Positions 35,405 to 49,539 of a stretch of DNA of 64,000 nt are shown piece by piece (the first letter of the stretch is position 1; every line of letters starts with the position of its first letter). The translations under genes were made by a program, and so were the position numbers. Location: positions 650,113-714,112 of the forward strand of contig NW_003314335.1 of assembly GCF_000143415.4 (NCBI RefSeq). The letters are read 5' to 3'. The notes under the pieces are model-generated. The model was not told the DNA's origin and did not search any database. It saw only the letters and a program-made list of their open reading frames with translations. This DNA is from Selaginella moellendorffii. Its lineage: Eukaryota; Plantae; Lycopodiophyta.

Positions 35405-38015
35405 ATGGATTCGAAGAAAATGTCGGCGTCGCATCGGCGGAAATGTGGGCTCTTGAAGCACCAGCTTTGTCTCGTGAGGCGGAAAGATTGTGATCGATAC
35501 GAGGTAGCGCCGATTGCCGATTCACTCTCTTTCGAGAAGGGGTTTTTCCTTTTCATCCGAGCATGCCAGCTTCTAGCTCAAAACATGGAAGGGGTGATTT
35601 TGGTTGGCCTAGCCGGACCATCTGGTGCTGGCAAGACGGTCTTCTCTGAGAAAGTTGGGAGCTTCATGCCGGGGATTGGTACGATTTCTATGGACAATTA
35701 CAACGACTCCAGCAGAGTTATAGATGGGAACTACGATGGTCTGAGCTTCTTTCTCTCTTTCTTTTGTCTAAACCTTTTTTTATGTCGTTGCAGATCCTCG
35801 GCTCACTGACTATGACACATTGCTCGACAATCTTCAGAACCTTCGAGCTGGAAATTCGGTGGAAGTTCCTATATATGACTTTAAGATCAGCAAGAGAGTG
35901 GGATACAGGTAAGTTTTTTCGGAGTTGCTATTGTAAAACGAAGCATTCCAGGAAGCTTGATGTCCCTTCTTCTCGAATTGTGATCGTTGAGGGAATTTAC
36001 GCGTTGAGTGAGAAACTCAGGCCTCTTCTTGACTTGCGGGTATCAATCACTGGAGGAGTGCACTTTGATCTCGTAAAGAGGGTCTTACGTGACATAAACA
36101 GATCTGGTCAAGAGCCCGAGGATATCATACATCAGATATCCGAGACAGTAAGATTTCTTGCGTACAAAGTCTGGCTATGAGTTTATTCACGAGTATCTAT
36201 GTCCTCTTGATCTCAGGTCTACCCCATGTACAAAGCGTTTATAGAACCCGACCTCGAGACAGCGCATATCAAGATTGTAAATAAATTCAACCCGTTTTCT
36301 GGATTTCAAAACGCGACATATATTCTCAAGGTTTGTCCCTGTCGGTTATATTTCCATGCTAATTATCTGGAAGCTTTCGTCAGTCTTCCAGATCTGTAAC
36401 GGAAGAGCAAATACGGAACGTTTTGTCGAATGATCACACTGAAACTATCGAAGAAATATATGACATTTATTTACTGCCGCCTGGCGAAGACCCTGAAACA
36501 TGTCAGTCATATTTGCGAATGAGGAATAGAGACGGAAAGTATAGTCTCATGTTTGAGGTACGTACGTCTAGGAGTCGAAGGCTCTTGTTGACGTTCTACC
36601 TGCTGGTAGGAATGGGTAATCGACGAGCCTTTTATCATATCGCCGCGCATCACTTTCGAAGTAAGTGTACGTCTTCTCGGCGGGTTGATGGCCTTGGGGT
36701 ATGAAATGGCGACAATTTTGAAGAGGATTAGTCATGTCTTTTCGGATGAGAAAGTAACAGTAAAACTTGACCGACTTGAACAGTTCCAGCGAAAATACGT
36801 ACAGGTTAGACTACATAAATTTCATCACATTGATCTCATTAAATGTTCATTTAGGTGCAAGGGAAGGAGAGGTCTGTGGTGTCCGATTGTGGAAGCAAGC
36901 TCGGGCTTGACAATCACTATGTTCCATGCTCTTATATCGAGCAGATTCAACTCGAAAAGCTAAATTCAGAAATGGTGAGGAAGATCTGTGTTCTTTCTAT
37001 GTTTGTTTCTTACTTTTCCTGGGGTAGGCTTTGCCTGAAGATTTGAAGGAAAAGCTAAGCAACGATACACTGTTACCTAGCCCAACGCCTTCGTTCTCCT
37101 GGTTGGCAGAAACAAAGCCCGGCATTCGTACTCTTTACAGTCAAAGGTAGCGAATGACAGTCGATGGTATCTTTGCTGTGTTTAAATTTCTATGCAGCTG
37201 GACCCGCAATAGTAGCAACAAAGACATCCCCAGGTAAAATTCTACGACACTGGAATGCTCATTATCTCAAGCCGAGTCTTTCGCAGAGAACCTCTTTTTA
37301 TGTCGCGTAAAGGACATAATGGTAAGAAGTCCCAACATCTGTGGATAGAGGCCAATGGGAAGAAGGAGGAACCCGAGCCTCAGTCCCACATAGTAGACGA
37401 TCAGGTAACTGAATGTCTCACAAGTTTTCTTCTCAAGCTCGACTGACTTGGTTTCAGGATCAAGTACGTGTCTCGGAACAAATGGCTAGCATAAACGAGC
37501 GCTTAGACGAGGTGTTGTCCCGGTTAGTAGAGCTGGAATCGAAGCTACCAGCGGCCGTGACCACCAGCGTGTCGATCCAAAGGCAGAATTCGGCGTTCGT
37601 AGGCTCGTTTGGAAGCAATGGTCCCTCAGCGTTTCTCGCAAACGGGAACGCAAACGGGCACTCATCTCCCTCCGTGCCTCTACTGCAATCTAGCTCCGAG
37701 GCCTACATTCTAGAAGAGGTAAGTTTGTCTACTTGGATGGTTTCATGGTCCTGGACTTAGCGTGCTTTCTTCCAGATCAAAATTCTTTCGCGAGGCCAGC
37801 GGCACTTGGCCAATCAGCTGGACATGCTGAGCAATCTCATGCACGAGAAGTATAGCTCGAGCAAGAAGAAGAGCGCAAAGGCGAGGTTTAAGGCTGCGCT
37901 GAGAAACATGAGAACGAGCAGCGCGGGGCTGGCCTCGGCCGCGGCTGCGGCAATGGGATTGACGACGCTGGCCGCAGTGGTCGTGGTAAAGTTTTGGAGA
38001 AGATCGTCCCTTTGA
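35405..38015 (+). CDS. TTM: Triphosphate tunnel metalloenzyme (TTM1/TTM2-type): uridine-kinase domain, CYTH domain and C-terminal TM anchor
   Basis: LSFEKGFF, ILVGLAGPSGAGKT, IVIVEGIYAL, GGVHFDLVKRVLRDI, TYILK, YLRMRNRDGKYSLMFEEW, coiled coil, hydrophobic tail. Confidence 0.92.
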
Positions 38016-38351
38016 TCAGAGAGAATTCTAGTCGCATTGATCTAGAAGAACAGTTCTCTATCTAGAGGAGTGATCCAGCGAGCGAAGATTTTCTATGAAG
38101 AACGATCCACGAGGTGGGAATAAATTATATAGCTTGGGGGAAGTCTGGCCAGTTTTGTCGTAACTACAAATGGGAAATATTTTTAAAGTTAACTAGGGTT
38201 CTTCTATAGCTAGGGTTTGTGGCGATGGCGCGGAGCCATGCAGCGGTGCAAGGGTGAGGAGTTCGCAGCGCATTGCATGGAATCTAGCTCCCGCGAGCGC
38301 CCGGGAGTATGAATCGGTGGAATAGATCGAGGTAGCGGAGTGGCAGTGGCG

Positions 38352-41300
38352 ATGGAGCTCCAAATGCAGCTCGTTCAAGCAGTCCATGTCCTGAATCACG
38401 ACATGCTGTCTTGCAACAGAGTCGCTGCGAATCAATGGCTCGTCCAGTTCCAGCAGACGGACGCTGCCTGGCAGGTCGCCACGGGAATTCTCACAGCGGA
38501 GGCGCTTAACATACACGATTTCGAGGTGGAATTGTTTGCCGCACAGATTCTCAAGAGAAAGGTATGCTAGCTAGAGTAGAAGAACAGAGTGGAATTTTTC
38601 CATCGCGGTTTTGGTTGTAGATTCACAGTGACATTGGGACGCTGTTGCCTGATGGGAGGCGCGCATTGCAAAATGCGCTGCTTGTGTCGGCAACCAAGCA
38701 CAGCTCGGGACCCTCGCAGGTTTGTTTTTCTTCTTTCGTTCCTCTCTTGAAGTGTTCTTGTCTTTACAGCTGCTGACTCAAATTTGCCTTGCGCTATCTG
38801 CGCTGATTTTTCGATCGCCAGAGGCTCGGAGTCTAATACAGCAGCTGTTTGGTCGCTTGTATGAGTTGCAATGCCAAGGCAGCGGGAGCCATGCTGTGCT
38901 GGAGCTTCTTACAGTGCTTCCAGAGGAAGTCACGGAGGAAAAGACTATCGTTGCCAACGTTAATTCAGATCACAGGAGGCAATTCAGTAACGAGGTATGT
39001 CTCTCCATCTCTCTTTCAGTTTCCTCCAACCATTGTTTCGTTGATATGGAACAGCTACTTTCGCATTCTTCTTCTGTGCTGAAGTTCTTGGTACATCTCA
39101 CTGAGAATGAAGCGCATTTTTACACTGTAAGGAGCAAAATATTGCGCTGTTTTCTAAGCTGGGTAATATCGGTCAAAATGTCTCATGCTAGAGCTGATCG
39201 TGACCGTCAAAACAGGTGCGCATTGGGTGTTTATTGGAAATTGATCAGCTTGCAGTTCCTAGCCATCCTCTTATTGCTTTTGCATTTGCTTGCCTCCAGG
39301 TATAAGATTGCAATGTGACGGCCTATGATGATAACTCGCAGGTTCCTGAATCCTTTTCGGTTGCCATTGAGGTTCTTGCGGAGCTTATTAATCGGCACGA
39401 GGTATACAAATTTTTTGTTGCAAGTGCCTTTCATAATTCTTCCGTTCAGGTTATACCGCCAGCGGTTCTGCTGCAGATGATCGTAGTGAAAGATACGTTG
39501 CTTTTGCCGGCCCTTGCAACTGGTAACGAAGTTGTTGTCAAAGGCCTCTGCTGGTTGATGGCCGAGCTCGGGCAATCTGTAAGTTATTCCCATCTTCGCT
39601 GTTTCGACGACTTTCTATTATAGGCACCAGGATTGTTTGCACGAGGAACACCTGATGTTTTGTCTCTTGAGGAGGCGATGTTGGGGTAAGTGTTTATGCT
39701 TTATAGGTTTTAACTGGTCGAAGCTTCGCAGATGTACTCGGTTTCAAAGCTCAAATTGGGAGGTAGCTGAAACAAGCCTTTCGTTCTGGTAATACCAGCA
39801 GAGGAAATAGTCTACCGACGTAATTTCTTTGAAGCTCCTTTGCAGGTCCGCTCTTGGTGATTATTTGATTAACCTGGGTTTTGAGAAACAAAGCGGCTTG
39901 AGGGCATATATTCCGCTCTATATTTCTTTATTAGACGCGCTTGTTTTGCGAGTTCAGGTATAGCTTTGGCGCTCATTCAATATCTTAACGTTTTGTTGCG
40001 CCAGGTCGGTCCGAAATCATATAATGAAGATGATATTGATGGGAGTACTGGCTTGCCCGACAGTTTAGCACAATTTCGAATAAATCTGGAGGAAACAACA
40101 ACCACTGTTTGCCGACTCCTAGGACCAACTCAGTACGTAACTCAGGTTTGTTAGTTTGTCGTTCCGGTATCTTGCTTATGTTATGGGTTTTGCAGCTTCT
40201 CAGTCAAATTACTTTAGAACTCCCAGTTTTGTGGCAAGTTATAGAGGCACAATTCTTTTTGCTCTATGCTGTAAGAGTGTTTTTGTTTCTTTCGAGTGGA
40301 TCCGTTTCATATACTACTGTATCCAGGCCTCCGAAGCTATTTTGGACGGACCAGCATTGGATCTTTCCAGCCTTGTAAATGTTTTCCTAGCCATAAGTGA
40401 GGAAAGGCCGGAGACGGTAGCTGGATTGGACCTGGTATTTCTTTCCTGCTTTGTGATGTCGTCACTAACGTTGAAACTGTTCAGCTGTATAAATCCGCCG
40501 CTCAAGTTCTTGGAGCATTTTCTCGTTGGATCTGCAACCATCCAACTGTAGTTTTGCCATTATTGTTGGTTATTTACATCTATTTCTTGACTTCTAACTT
40601 TGAGTTTGTTACAGATCCTTTTTAGCCTCGGGGCTCAGTGCACCATTGGCGGCAAGTGCATGCGCAACTGCGTTAAGGCGAATATGTGAAGAGGTTTCTG
40701 CAATGGCGAGTGACCCCGCTAATCTGGAGTGTCTTCTCTGGATTGGAGAGGTAATAAGATTGCCAGGCACTAGCTTTAATCAGCTTTTCTTTTCAGGGCT
40801 TGCACAATTTTAAGTTGTCTCCCAAGGAGGAGGAGGAGGTTTTATGTGCTATTGGGCGCTCCTTGTCCACGGTCACAAGCAGTGCAGTTTTAAATGATGC
40901 ATTGCACAGGCTTTTGAAGCCTACATATGACCCTTTGAAAGAACTTGTGAGTTTCGAGACACACCGCCACATATCTAACACCAATTACTTTTGTGCTAGT
41001 TGATAGCTGATGTTGAGAATCGGCTGAAATTTGTCTCGGCTGAAAGTGCAATGCTGCTGGAGTCCAGTGTTCGAGCTCTGCATAGGTACAAATGTTTTTT
41101 AGCTTGATGGAATCTAACTAGCTTTGTCTGCTGTTTTCTAGGCTCGGTACAATTTTCAGTCAATTCCCTGTGCTTAGCTCCTCGTCCGTGATTGGTGAGG
41201 AAGTTTTCGTAGGAATTTTATCACAGTTTTGGCCTTTGTTGGAACAAATGTTCTCATCCGCCTTCATGGAGAACAACAGTTTAGCAACTGCAGTATGCAA

Positions 41301-42502
41301 ATGCCTCTCCGAGGCCACAAAGACCGGAGGTAGCGTTAAAAGTTTTCTCGTTCGTTGTATTGATTGCTCTTTTGAAATGCACAGGACAATGCATACTACC
41401 GTTGCTGCCAAACATTACAAAATTTTCGAGTGAGAACTTCGTTTCTTTTCAAACCCATGTCTGCTTTCTCAAACTTGGTAAGGGAATTTGTTTCGTTTAC
41501 TTGATCACTCTTGCCTCTGGCTCTTTGCAGCTAATACTTTAACGGAAGAACACGGTCATCAGAAAGAGTATGCCCCGTTGTTCGTTGAAGTAGCGGGAGT
41601 ATTTAGTACTGCGGACTCGGTGGCGGCATTAAGCTCATCCTACGCTTGTGACAACGAGCCTGACGTGGCGGAAGCGTATATGAACTTTATGTCCACTTTT
41701 CTTCGCAACTGTCACAAGGCAAGTCTTATCCTTTTCTCGTAGTAAATCACCTGACGCTGATCTGATTTTTGGACAGGGTGTTCTAGCGACTGCAGAATCG
41801 CACGTAGAAGCAGCTCTAAATAGAGCAACTATTTGTTGCACGGTGATGCACCGTGGAGCTGCACTGGCAGCCATGTCCTACATCTCATGTACGTCGTGCT
41901 CCTTTGTTGTTCTTGCTCAAAACGATTTTCTACTCGCAGGCTTGTTGGAGATGGCGCTGTCATCACTCACGGAGAGCGTAGACTGCCCGTTAACAGCCGC
42001 GGTCTTGAAAATATGCACACAATGCGGAGAAAGTATTGTTTCGGGGATGCTGTATGCATTACTTGGACCCTCTGCTATGTCACGGGTAAATTCATCTTCT
42101 CACTTTCCTGCAAACATTCCATCTATTTTGTTTTTCTTTCACCAGGTGTACAAAGCGACGACAATACTCCAACAACTGGCAGCTATATGCAACAGTGGGA
42201 GCTCCAGAATCGGATGGAGTGCCCTTCAGTGCTGGATAGTCTCCGCCGTAAGATAGCTATCCACATCTCCCAGAGAATCATACTTTTCGTTCCAGATTCA
42301 AGCACTTCCGGCCGAGTACTTGAGACATGGTGAAGCGGAGCGCCTGTCTGTGACATGGCTGGAAGCTCTTAGGGCCGCAGCATCAGATGTGGATGCAGGT
42401 AACTCGATCAGACAAAGAGGCGGAAACGGTGGCCGATCCTTGAAGCGTGTTCTTCGTGATTTTGTCGAACAACACAAAACAAACTTAATCTGTGTCTCGT
42501 GA
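38352..42502 (+). CDS. Importin-beta family karyopherin (importin-13/transportin-SR-like), about 20 exons
   Basis: MELQMQLVQAVHVLNHD...NRVAANQWLVQFQQTDAAW, ELFAAQILKRKI, LLTQICLALSAL, VLELLTVLPEE. Confidence 0.85.
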
Positions 42503-42763
42503 ATACCACCATGTAAGTCACAGTTTCTTACTTGGATTTGTATCCTAGAATTGATCGTATCTTTTCTCCAGGAATCACGTCTTGGTAAATAGCATTACTT
42601 TTTCGGAAAAGACTTTTTGCTAGAGCTCGTGTAACATAGAAATACCAAGACAGGGCCGTCAGTCTGGTCCTCCGGAAAATAATAAGCATGGCGATTGATG
42701 TTTCATATTCTTCTGCTGTTTAGAAACTGTACAAATAACAGTGTGAATTACTAAAGAAAGGTT

Positions 42764-42930
42764 AAAACACTTGTTATATCTATTCAAACTGAGTTGTGTT
42801 AACATGGGCAGCAAAGGTTAGAACGTCATGATAAACAGCCATGAAAGAAAACGGCTTTCTCACATGTGGAAACAAAAGAATGAAAAACACTTGCTATATC
42901 ATTCAAATTGAGTTGTGTTAACACGGGCAG
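42764..42930. repeat. Direct repeat pair of about 47 bp
   Basis: aaaacacttg(t/c)tatatc..attcaaa(c/t)tgagttgtgttaaca(t/c)gggcag at 42764-42811 and 42884-42930. Confidence 0.8.
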
Positions 42931-43818
42931 TGTATGACAAAGCATTTGATGTTCCCGGAACCCTCTGGTTGCTGGACAAAGATTTCTTCATTGAGATCTC
43001 CATGCAAGAACATTGTTCCATTATTACACAAACTTCTGGATTTCAATTCTTACATACAAAATAAATTATTCAAAGTTAATTCTTGAGCATAGTAAAAGTT
43101 TTCCAAATTGCTTTTGTTGTAGAAGTGGTGCAGACTCAAGTTACAAAGTTATAAATAAATTCTTGTAGTACACTTTAATATTGTAGTATTGGAAATTTGG
43201 ATCAACCAACATTAAATTGTGTTATTTATAGATTTGTTTTTCTAGGTGATTAAGCTTGTTCACATTATTATTTGTGAGGAGATTGGAGAAGAGAAAACTG
43301 TTACAAATATTAACAAGCATCTTGATATATTCTTCACCATCTTTTAGCCTAGAATAAAGAAATTAAAGGTGTATACTCCATCATTCTTACAGCTCAAACA
43401 GTAACTATTTGGTGTTTTATGACTAATCTGGAGAGTTTGTTAATCTTTTTGTACATCAGGATCAACATATATTACATAGTATTTTTCCACACCTAAAGCT
43501 CTTTTGGGATAGACTCCATGAAAAGTTTTATAATAAATCAAAATTAGTAAAAAAAACTTATTCGCCTTTCTTAATGTCAATACGATGATAATTTTACTAT
43601 TGTAATTTGTTATTCCCAAAAAATATATGTTTTATCTAAATCATTTTGCAAGATATAGTAAGCATATTTTGAGAACGCTTTAATGAGCTGTATTATTTTC
43701 TTGAGCAAATTTTATATTCACATGCTTAATAAACAATATAAAACTCACAAGTTCACAAAGGTGGCATGATTTTTTCCCCTCTCCTCCAAGGCTATAGTTG
43801 AAAAGCTGAGCTTTCTTG

Positions 43819-43990
43819 GTGGAAGTGGGCCATTTCCATGGGATCCCAAGGGAGATAGTCTTTGACAAAGACCCTCCTTAGCTTGTTCTGGACATCATTG
43901 TGGAAGCTACTTAGGACAAAGTTTAGTTTTTTGCATACCTACCACCCACAGAGTGACAGGCAAACTCAATGAACAAACCAAATGCTTGAG
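43819..43990 (+). mobile_element. Ty3/Gypsy integrase remnant
   Basis: Degenerate HGIPREIVFDKDP, FWTSLWKLLRTK, TYHPQSDRQT...NQMLE with stops and frameshifts. Confidence 0.8.
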
Positions 43991-44297
43991 GTGAGCTTTC
44001 TGTGTGGACAAGCTGATATCATGCCTAGTTTGCTTACATTATGATTGAATCCTCTGCAATCAGCATGACACTGTACATCTATATGGCTGCAGAGTCTAGG
44101 AACAATTCCTTTTCCTACAGGATGTAGCAGTCTCTTAGTCAGAGGTCAAGGGCCACCTGGAAGAAACATAACCTGGCCAGTGAATGAAGTTCTACACTGA
44201 TCAAAAGTGCTAGTTTTGCACATTCAGTGTCAATGAGTGGGTGTATGTATAGTATTGATTTGAGCACCACACATTAGGACAAATAGCTATGGTGAGA

Positions 44298-44873
44298 TGT
44301 AGCACATATAATATTTGAATATATGGATTTTTGGAACTTTAGGGAATAAATGGGGATAAAATAATTTTTAAAGGCTCTTTTATTAAACAATTGTATTTTT
44401 TTAAATTTGTTTTAAAGGAAGTGTGTTTTATATGAGGGTAGTTAAATTTTAAGTAGCCACTTATCAAGTGGGAATCTTACCCCTACAATTGAAATCATAT
44501 ATGACTACATACTTTGTTTTATAAGGTATCCACAAATAAAGGTATTTACCATAAGACTGCAGTACAAGTGGATAACTAGTTACTTTACATATAATAATTT
44601 ATTTATAATGGGAGGATTGATAGATTTAGTGTGAAAGTGGAAGTTTTAATTCATCTTAACTTAATAGGGTTTTTAGTCAATAATTAATGAAGATAATGAC
44701 ATATGTAAAGGGGATGTAAATGTAGTATGTATGATCATGGGATGAGATTTAAATATACTATTACTATAGATTTTTAAAACCTTAGGGGATAAATAAAGAT
44801 AAAATAACCATTAATATCAAGCAATTGCACCATTTTCAGTTGGTTTAAGGGGAAAGAGATAAAGTACATTATA
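44298..44873 (+). mobile_element. Degenerate TRIM-like element (two short LTRs, about 44298-44430 and 44721-44873)
   Basis: LTRs start tgtag and resemble the 51865-52363 element; purine tract aaggggatgtaaa precedes the second LTR; flanks tgaga/caaaa are compatible with a deaminated cgaga TSD. Confidence 0.55.
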
Positions 44874-45589
44874 CAAAATTTAAGCTACATCCAAGATATG
44901 TTCAAAAGCATTCATTTGTTACTCGAGGTGGTTTAACATATAGCTTTAGATTTCCAATGTTGTTCAGTGTAAGTTCCTGAATTTGAGTTTTCAAATATAT
45001 TATACTACTCAAATCCAAAGATGCTCAACCTTAAGTATCCACCAAGTACTGTTAAAAAATTTATAATAGTATCCTCCTAAACACTTAACTAACTAGAAAA
45101 GGGAAAATGACCTATATGCAATATGAAGTGAGTCATCACAGCCACCTATAACTGCCATAGCTATCACAACCATCCATGGTAGCTACAACTAGAGATCATT
45201 ATGTCTTCAAAAAATATAATGAATCATATATAGAGTCAAAAGCAACATAATAGCAAGTCTAATATTTAAATGTTGGGATGGATGGGAGTTATGAGTTGGA
45301 ACAAAAGGAAGATATATCAAAACTGCATATATCAATAATAAATTATATAATACAAACTCATTATTAAAATCTCATTTTTATGACTTTGACTTGAGTTAAG
45401 CTAAATTTGTGAACTTAACTTAATTTTGGTCTACCCCTTTCTAATACCATTCTATATGAGAGTCCATATTAGATAGCTTCTAAATAAAAGTAAGTAGTTT
45501 TAATTGAATCAAATCATTATTAAAAACCACTATTGGCAAGATAGAATCAATATATAATGATAGTCTTATTTATTCAATTTTTTATAAAA

Positions 45590-46495
45590 TCAATTTGGTT
45601 TAGTCCATATAGATTTTTTTTCTACATTATCATAAAGAATTATATGACCACTATTGCTTACACATAGTGCCATTACCTTCCATATGTTTTTCCAATATAT
45701 ACTATTTGTCCATATAACAATACTTTTATTGTCATATATTACAAGGTTACCATCAGTTTGCAATCTCAACAAACAACCTTCTCCCTTATTATTTGTTTCA
45801 GTTTTCCAAATGGTAATTGGACCTTTAAACAAGATAAGTACACAATTTAATTGCATATATAATATATATTCTCCATTTGGTGAGATGAGAAAGTTTCCAG
45901 CATATAAGTTAGAAAATGATGAAAAATCATCTATGCTTCTAATACAAACATCCTTCCATGTACAATCAGTTTTAACTATATTTTTTGATATATAAGGATT
46001 ATAATGAGAAGTTTGAACAGTGGGTATAAATTTTAAAGAACTATTTTGAGCTGTATTATAGTTAACATTTTTAAAATTATATAAAATACTAAATGATTCA
46101 ACAATATATTCAGATATTCCAAAATTTAATATACCATAATCATTTTCTATATGAGAAGTGTATATAGATTCAAATTTCTTCTTTAACATAGAACCATAAT
46201 AAGGAGCTGCATATTCAGGAAATATACTACAAAGTAATTTGTAATACCGAGGAACATTCTCTATAGCTAAAGGGGTTAATACTATTTTTATTTCATTATG
46301 AACATAAATAATAGAACTTCCAGGCATATATGGAGTTAAATCATTAATTGACTCTATTGCAGCTCTTATAGCTCTTAAAATTATATGCTTAGTTGGATTA
46401 AAAATTCGATGAGCATTATCCCGTATAATTTCTATTCCAAAAAGTTTTGGAAGAAAGAAAACCAAAATAAAAAATATAAAGAACTTTTGAAACAT
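45590..46495 (-). CDS. Secreted protein with a C-terminal bulb-type (B/GNA) mannose-binding lectin domain
   Basis: Intact 301-aa ORF, hydrophobic signal peptide, LISPNGEYILYMQ...IWKTET...LRLQTDGNLVIYD...IW (one intact QxDxNxVxY site). Confidence 0.7.
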   Translation of the reverse strand: MFQKFFIFFILVFFLPKLFGIEIIRDNAHRIFNPTKHIILRAIRAAIESINDLTPYMPGSSIIYVHNEIKIVLTPLAIENVPRYYKLLCSIFPEYAAPYYGSMLKKKFESIYTSHIENDYGILNFGISEYIVESFSILYNFKNVNYNTAQNSSLKFIPTVQTSHYNPYISKNIVKTDCTWKDVCIRSIDDFSSFSNLYAGNFLISPNGEYILYMQLNCVLILFKGPITIWKTETNNKGEGCLLRLQTDGNLVIYDNKSIVIWTNSIYWKNIWKVMALCVSNSGHIILYDNVEKKSIWTKPN

Positions 46496-47029
46496 ATTAA
46501 AAATGTTGAAAGATATTCTACCTGTGAAGTCTAATCAAATAAATTTATTGTAATAGTTACATCATTTCATAGAACTAAAACTCTTTTTTTTCTATTATAT
46601 ATGTGTGATGTGGGATTACTGATAAGTGTTACATTATCACAGTTAATCTAGAAAATTATGTCGTTTATATATAACATGTGAAATCATACTTCTCAATTGT
46701 GGCAAACCAATATTTTTAGTAGATAATATGTGTCTTCATGTTGCCATAATGCTCACTATAATCAGCTTCCTTTATGTAACTTTTAAATTGTGGTCCCAAT
46801 TCTCTAACACCTAATTTGCTATAATAATATCACCAAATTTGTTATTCTTTGTCACTTGCATCCACTTGGCCTCCATGTAGTATATAGCACAACAGCATAC
46901 ACACTGTGTTGTAGCCAACAACATCCTCCTCGGTGCAAACAAGAGCTAGCTCTTTCACCAATGAACATAAAGTTTTTAGCTCTATCACACAAGTTAAGAG
47001 TGGTTATTTTATAATTTTATTCTTGTATG

Positions 47030-47356
47030 ATTATGTTTGAGAGCATTAATATTATATTATTTAATACATTACCTCTACATATTTTTATTGAAAGAGGGAA
47101 ATTTACATTAAGTTTATTTATTTTTAATGTTTACTTCTTAAATATTAAATATTATTAAAAAATGAGATAGGATTGACACTAGTAACAATAGTATCTAAAT
47201 TTTTATATACAATATTATACTTATATTTATAGAATATATATATCTAAGATGTAAACATTAAAAAATAAATTAACTTAATGTAAATTTTCCTCTTTCAAGA
47301 GAAATATGCAGAGGTAATGTATTAAATAATATAATATTAATGCTCTCAAACATAAT
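47030..47356. mobile_element. Foldback/MITE-like element with inverted arms of about 110 bp
   Basis: attatgtttgagagcattaatattatattatttaatacattacctct... (47030-47140) is the reverse complement of 47245-47356; no convincing TSD. Confidence 0.7.
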
Positions 47357-49539
47357 GAAAATCAATGTCAAAGGAATATAGTTAATTTTAACAAAAAATG
47401 GTTAGTGGATAGTATCTTTAGTGAATGTTGCATACTTGATTGGGGGAGGATAAAAAACACTTACTAGCTCCATAAGAAACAAAATATTACAACAATCATC
47501 TAAGTTGGGTGGCACTATAAATCAAAGGCATAATCTAAACAAACACATTATTATAAAAGCTTAAAATTTTATGTGTCAACTGAGTCATAGCATTTATCTA
47601 GCTGCATACTAAATAAGAATTCGATCAAAACCTCTTGTCCTTTGGTAAGTACTTCTGATGTCAACTTTGTGAGTATGAGTCTAGTATCTGTGTCTCATCC
47701 ACTTTGATATATCCCATGTTCTCTTAAAATTTCTGATAAATATTATTTAGTATTAAATATAAAATATGGTTAAATTTCTAGAATTTATAAATAACAAACC
47801 AATAAAAAGGCTTGATCTCTCTTGGCTCAAATTAAGCTAGATGTTGGAAATTTAGATTTCATGTTAGAAGCCCTAACAGGCAAGTGTTAAATCCCTTAGT
47901 AATCACAGTCTTTCACTCACTTGCCCCTCATTGCAATCCTTTTCTTTTTGCAAGCAAGATGATTTAGCACAATTATCACTTAGGATATTGTGCACTAATC
48001 ATGGCTATCTGGGGCTAGCACATGTGAGGTTATTAAAATTTGGAAGACAAAGGATAGGCAATAATTTTTGAAAAAAAATTCAAAAAACTTTAATGCATCA
48101 CCTCCAAAATGAGCAACTATTTGATGGTTTTCTATTTCTTTCTAGATTCTAGTTCAAGAAAATAGGAAACACAGTCTTGGAAACTTAGAGAAGCATTAAG
48201 AAACAAATTTGACAACTCTTGGTCTTCCTTGTATTATGAAATTCAATTGTGTGATTCTCGAAGTGATGACAATATTACATTTTCAAATTGTGAGAAGTCC
48301 TTGGCAAGAAGACCTTTGACCTTTCATCCTTAGTATAGATTTTTAAATGAGGATGGGTTTATATCATATTTTTAAATGAGGGATGGGTTTATAAGGATCT
48401 TCATGTCCTTTTCCATATATTATATCCAATTATTTATAGATTTATAATTTTAAAACTTTTATAGCTATTCATCATTATATTATAAACTCTTAAAAGATAA
48501 ATTCTATTTTAAAAGTTTAATACATTTTGGAGACTTCCTTCTCAAGGACCTACGGCCTTTAACTCCTGATCTTGTGTGTCTTTTCAATATAGGAAGATGC
48601 TTGTATAGAAAAGTCATCACTATAAGTTAATCTCACTAATATCTATAAGAATCCAAACTTATAATAAACTATTTTATTTATTTATCTGTCTGGTCTTTAT
48701 CCAAAAAGAAACTTCTTTGCTATACTAGAAAAATCCCTGAACTCCAGCTGACATATCTAAACATTCTCTTTATACTATAATTAAACTGTGACTTCTTTTA
48801 TATTGAAATAGATGGAAATCAATGATAATGCTTTTCAACCATCACAAGAAAAAAGTAAATATTCTTTCCCCTTGTGGTGACTTTGGAGTGGTACTATAAT
48901 GTTGAGAGCTTTGAAGAGTCACTTTCATGGGAAGGGTTTAAGATGGCAGAGTTCATCTTAACCTTGGTTGGCGAGCTTCTATTCAACAAACTTTGCTCGT
49001 TGTGCCATTTCAATCCTTGCAAGCATTTAATGAGGAGTGGCTGCTTACAATTTGAGGTCTCAAAAGATATTTTAAACTAGAGATATACATTTTTGCAGAC
49101 CAACCATGGAATAAGATGTTTCTATCATGGTTAGGCAAGTGATGCATCATGCTCTAAGTGCGTATATTAAGTTTCAAAACCTTGAGTGAAGGTTGTCAAG
49201 CAAGGGGGATTGCCAGAGACTTTTGCTTATCTCTCCCACCCTTAAAACCGGTGATAGAAGCAACTCTAAGCACAAGGGCTAAACTAAAACCAATTCAACA
49301 CTCTCCACCACCTTTTGCTCCATGAGATGTAATGCAGCATTTGGACAGCATCAAGAATGATAAATGCTTTGATTGTAGTGGTTGATTGTTCAAGGGACAC
49401 CATTTTAGAAGGAGCTCTCTTCAGTGAGGCACTCTTTAAGGAGAGTGCCTCAACTATTTCTTGGATTGCCTTCTCTGCTAACTAGGCACTTTGCATGCTT
49501 TGTAGTGACTGGGGATTGTCACTGCAACAAACTCAGCCT

